Below are positions 57,919 to 64,000 of a DNA stretch of 64,000 nt, in pieces. The first letter of the stretch is position 1, and the number at the start of each line of letters is the position of its first letter. Under the pieces are notes generated by a model. It did no database searches. It saw only the letters and a list, made by a program, of their open reading frames with translations, and was not told the DNA's origin. Source of the DNA: Dictyostelium discoideum (taxonomy: Eukaryota); contig CM000154.2 in assembly GCA_000004695.1 (NCBI GenBank), forward strand, positions 1,088,001 to 1,152,000, given 5' to 3'. The translations under genes and the position numbers were made by a program.

Positions 57919-58227
57919 TTTCACTCAAAAGATTAATTCATACCTTATATAGAAAAAACATGATTGTTTTTTTTTTTTTTTTTATTAATAATTTTATTTT
58001 TAATTTATAATAATAGACACCAACCAACCACAAAATTCAAACATAACAAAAAAAAAAAAAAAAAATCCCTTAACTGGTTAAAAATTAAAATTATTATTAA
58101 AATTTAATTAAAAGACAAAAATTTTTTTTTTTTTCAAATAGATATATTTATTTTTAATTTAAAAAATATTTTTATGACGATGATGATAAAAGAAAGATGG
58201 TGTTGTTTGATGTTGTGTTTTTTTCTT

Positions 58228-58264
<37 letters not shown>

Positions 58265-59206
58265 AATGGAAATAAGTTACATTTTTTGAAAAAAAAAAAA
58301 AAAAAAAAAAATTAAAAAAAAAAAAAAAAAAAATTGTTTTTCTTTATTTGTATATAATTTAATAACCACAAGGTGGGAGATTTAGTTATGTTAAATATTC
58401 ATTTAATTTTTTTTTTATTTTTTTAATTTTATTTTTATTTTTTTTTTCTATTTTTTTCTTTTTTTTTTTTTTTTTATTTTTTTTTATTTTGTTTTTCCCA
58501 CACCACTACCACAATTATAATGAAATTATTATTATTTAATGTGATACAAACGCAGAAAAACTTTCACTCACTCACTCTCACCAACCCACAATATATACAT
58601 ATATATACATTAATTATTCAATTTGTTTAAAATTTATTTATTATTATTATTATTATTATTAATTTATTTTTATTTTTATTTTTTATTTTTTATTATTATT
58701 ATTATTTTTATTATTTTTTTTTTTAATTTTTTAAATAATTTATTAAACACACCCAAAAAAAAAAAAAAAAAACTCTTCAACACCAACCCTCATTTTTTTT
58801 TTTTTTTATTTTTTTTTTGAAAATATTCAATCAAAATCAATATTCTATATACTAGTATATTAGTACTACTACCTACTGTTACAACTAATACTAATAAAAA
58901 TAAAAATAAAAAATATAATATAATTTTTTTAAATAAAAATAAGTTAAATAAAATAAAATAAAATAAAATAAAATAAAATAAAATAATAAAATAAAAAAAT
59001 AAAAAAATAAAAAAATAGAAACGTAGCAATATTTATTTTTTAATTTTGTTATTATTTTTTTATTTTATTTTTTATTTCAACTTTTTGGATTAGATTGATT
59101 ATATGTTTTTATGTATACCACATTAATAACATATATATACCATATAAAAATAATTTTAAATTTTTTTTTTTTTTTAATTAAAATAAAAATTAATATAAAA
59201 CAAAAA

Positions 59207-59244
<38 letters not shown>

Positions 59245-59359
59245 TAATAATATACAAATAAAAATAAATTCATTTTGCTTCAACAAAAAATAAAAAAAAA
59301 ATAAAAAATAGTTCTTAAAAATCTCGATACATTTATTAAAAACTATTTTAAAGTATAAA

Positions 59360-63873
<4,514 letters not shown>

Positions 63874-64000
63874 ATTAATTAATTTTTTTAAATATTAAAA
63901 AAAAAAAAAAGTAAAAAAAAAAATAAAACTAATTAAAAATTATATATATTATATAAATACATTCAATCCTCATTTTCTTTAATTACCAATTTTTTTTTTT

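Noticed and set aside
57421-59359. A 1.9-kb A/T-rich intergenic stretch scanned for small genes, for example the ATG at about 58175 (MTMMIKERWCC).
   Set aside because: It contains only very short frames with no splice-compatible continuation and no codon bias. It is treated as a promoter or intergenic region for the kinase gene.

Overview
This 64 kb window is eukaryotic nuclear DNA with the signature of a Dictyostelium discoideum-type social amoeba. Evidence for that: about 75-80% A+T, ubiquitous poly(A)/poly(T) tracts, short AT-rich introns with GTAAGT/GTATGT donors and ..AG acceptors, and coding homopolymer runs of Gln (CAA) and Asn (AAT). I found no prokaryotic operons, no CRISPR arrays and no rRNA or tRNA genes. 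The region is gene-dense. I can support 23 protein-coding genes, most of them spliced, with exon coordinates worked out by hand from the sequence. The named products are my assignments from remembered homolog sequences and motifs, made without any database search. Ordered along the window, the supported genes are: a 3' gene end with an internally duplicated motif; a UBR-box/RING N-recognin E3 ligase; two tandem secreted BPI-fold paralogs; a coiled-coil protein; tRNA adenosine deaminase ADAT2/Tad2 with four exons; 2-oxoglutarate dehydrogenase E1 with three exons; ribosomal protein L22e; a SprT/GCNA-like metalloprotease; a Sib-family integrin-beta-like type-I receptor of about 1941 aa with two NPxY motifs; CDC48/p97 (cdcD, 793 aa); succinyl-CoA:3-ketoacid CoA-transferase; a PPTC7-like PP2C phosphatase; a 1517-aa low-complexity poly-Q/poly-N protein; an Stm1/SERBP1/HABP4-like protein; a Neugrin homolog; a PSMG4-like protein; a MAM33/C1QBP-family protein; two small hypothetical proteins; a C-type-lysozyme-like secreted protein; FGAM synthase (purL, 1355 aa); and a TKL protein kinase with a split C1 zinc finger and a C-terminal F-box-like motif. 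The supplied ORF track uses non-ATG initiators such as TTG and sometimes reads through intron donors, so several of its 'M' starts and stops are artifacts (details in findings). I do not see a novel defence-type 'system'. The most interesting loci are the tandem BPI-like pair, the Sib-like adhesion receptor, the C1+kinase+F-box protein, the hidden fourth exon of ADAT2, and a few promoter-proximal repeated motifs. All homology calls need BLAST/HMM confirmation.
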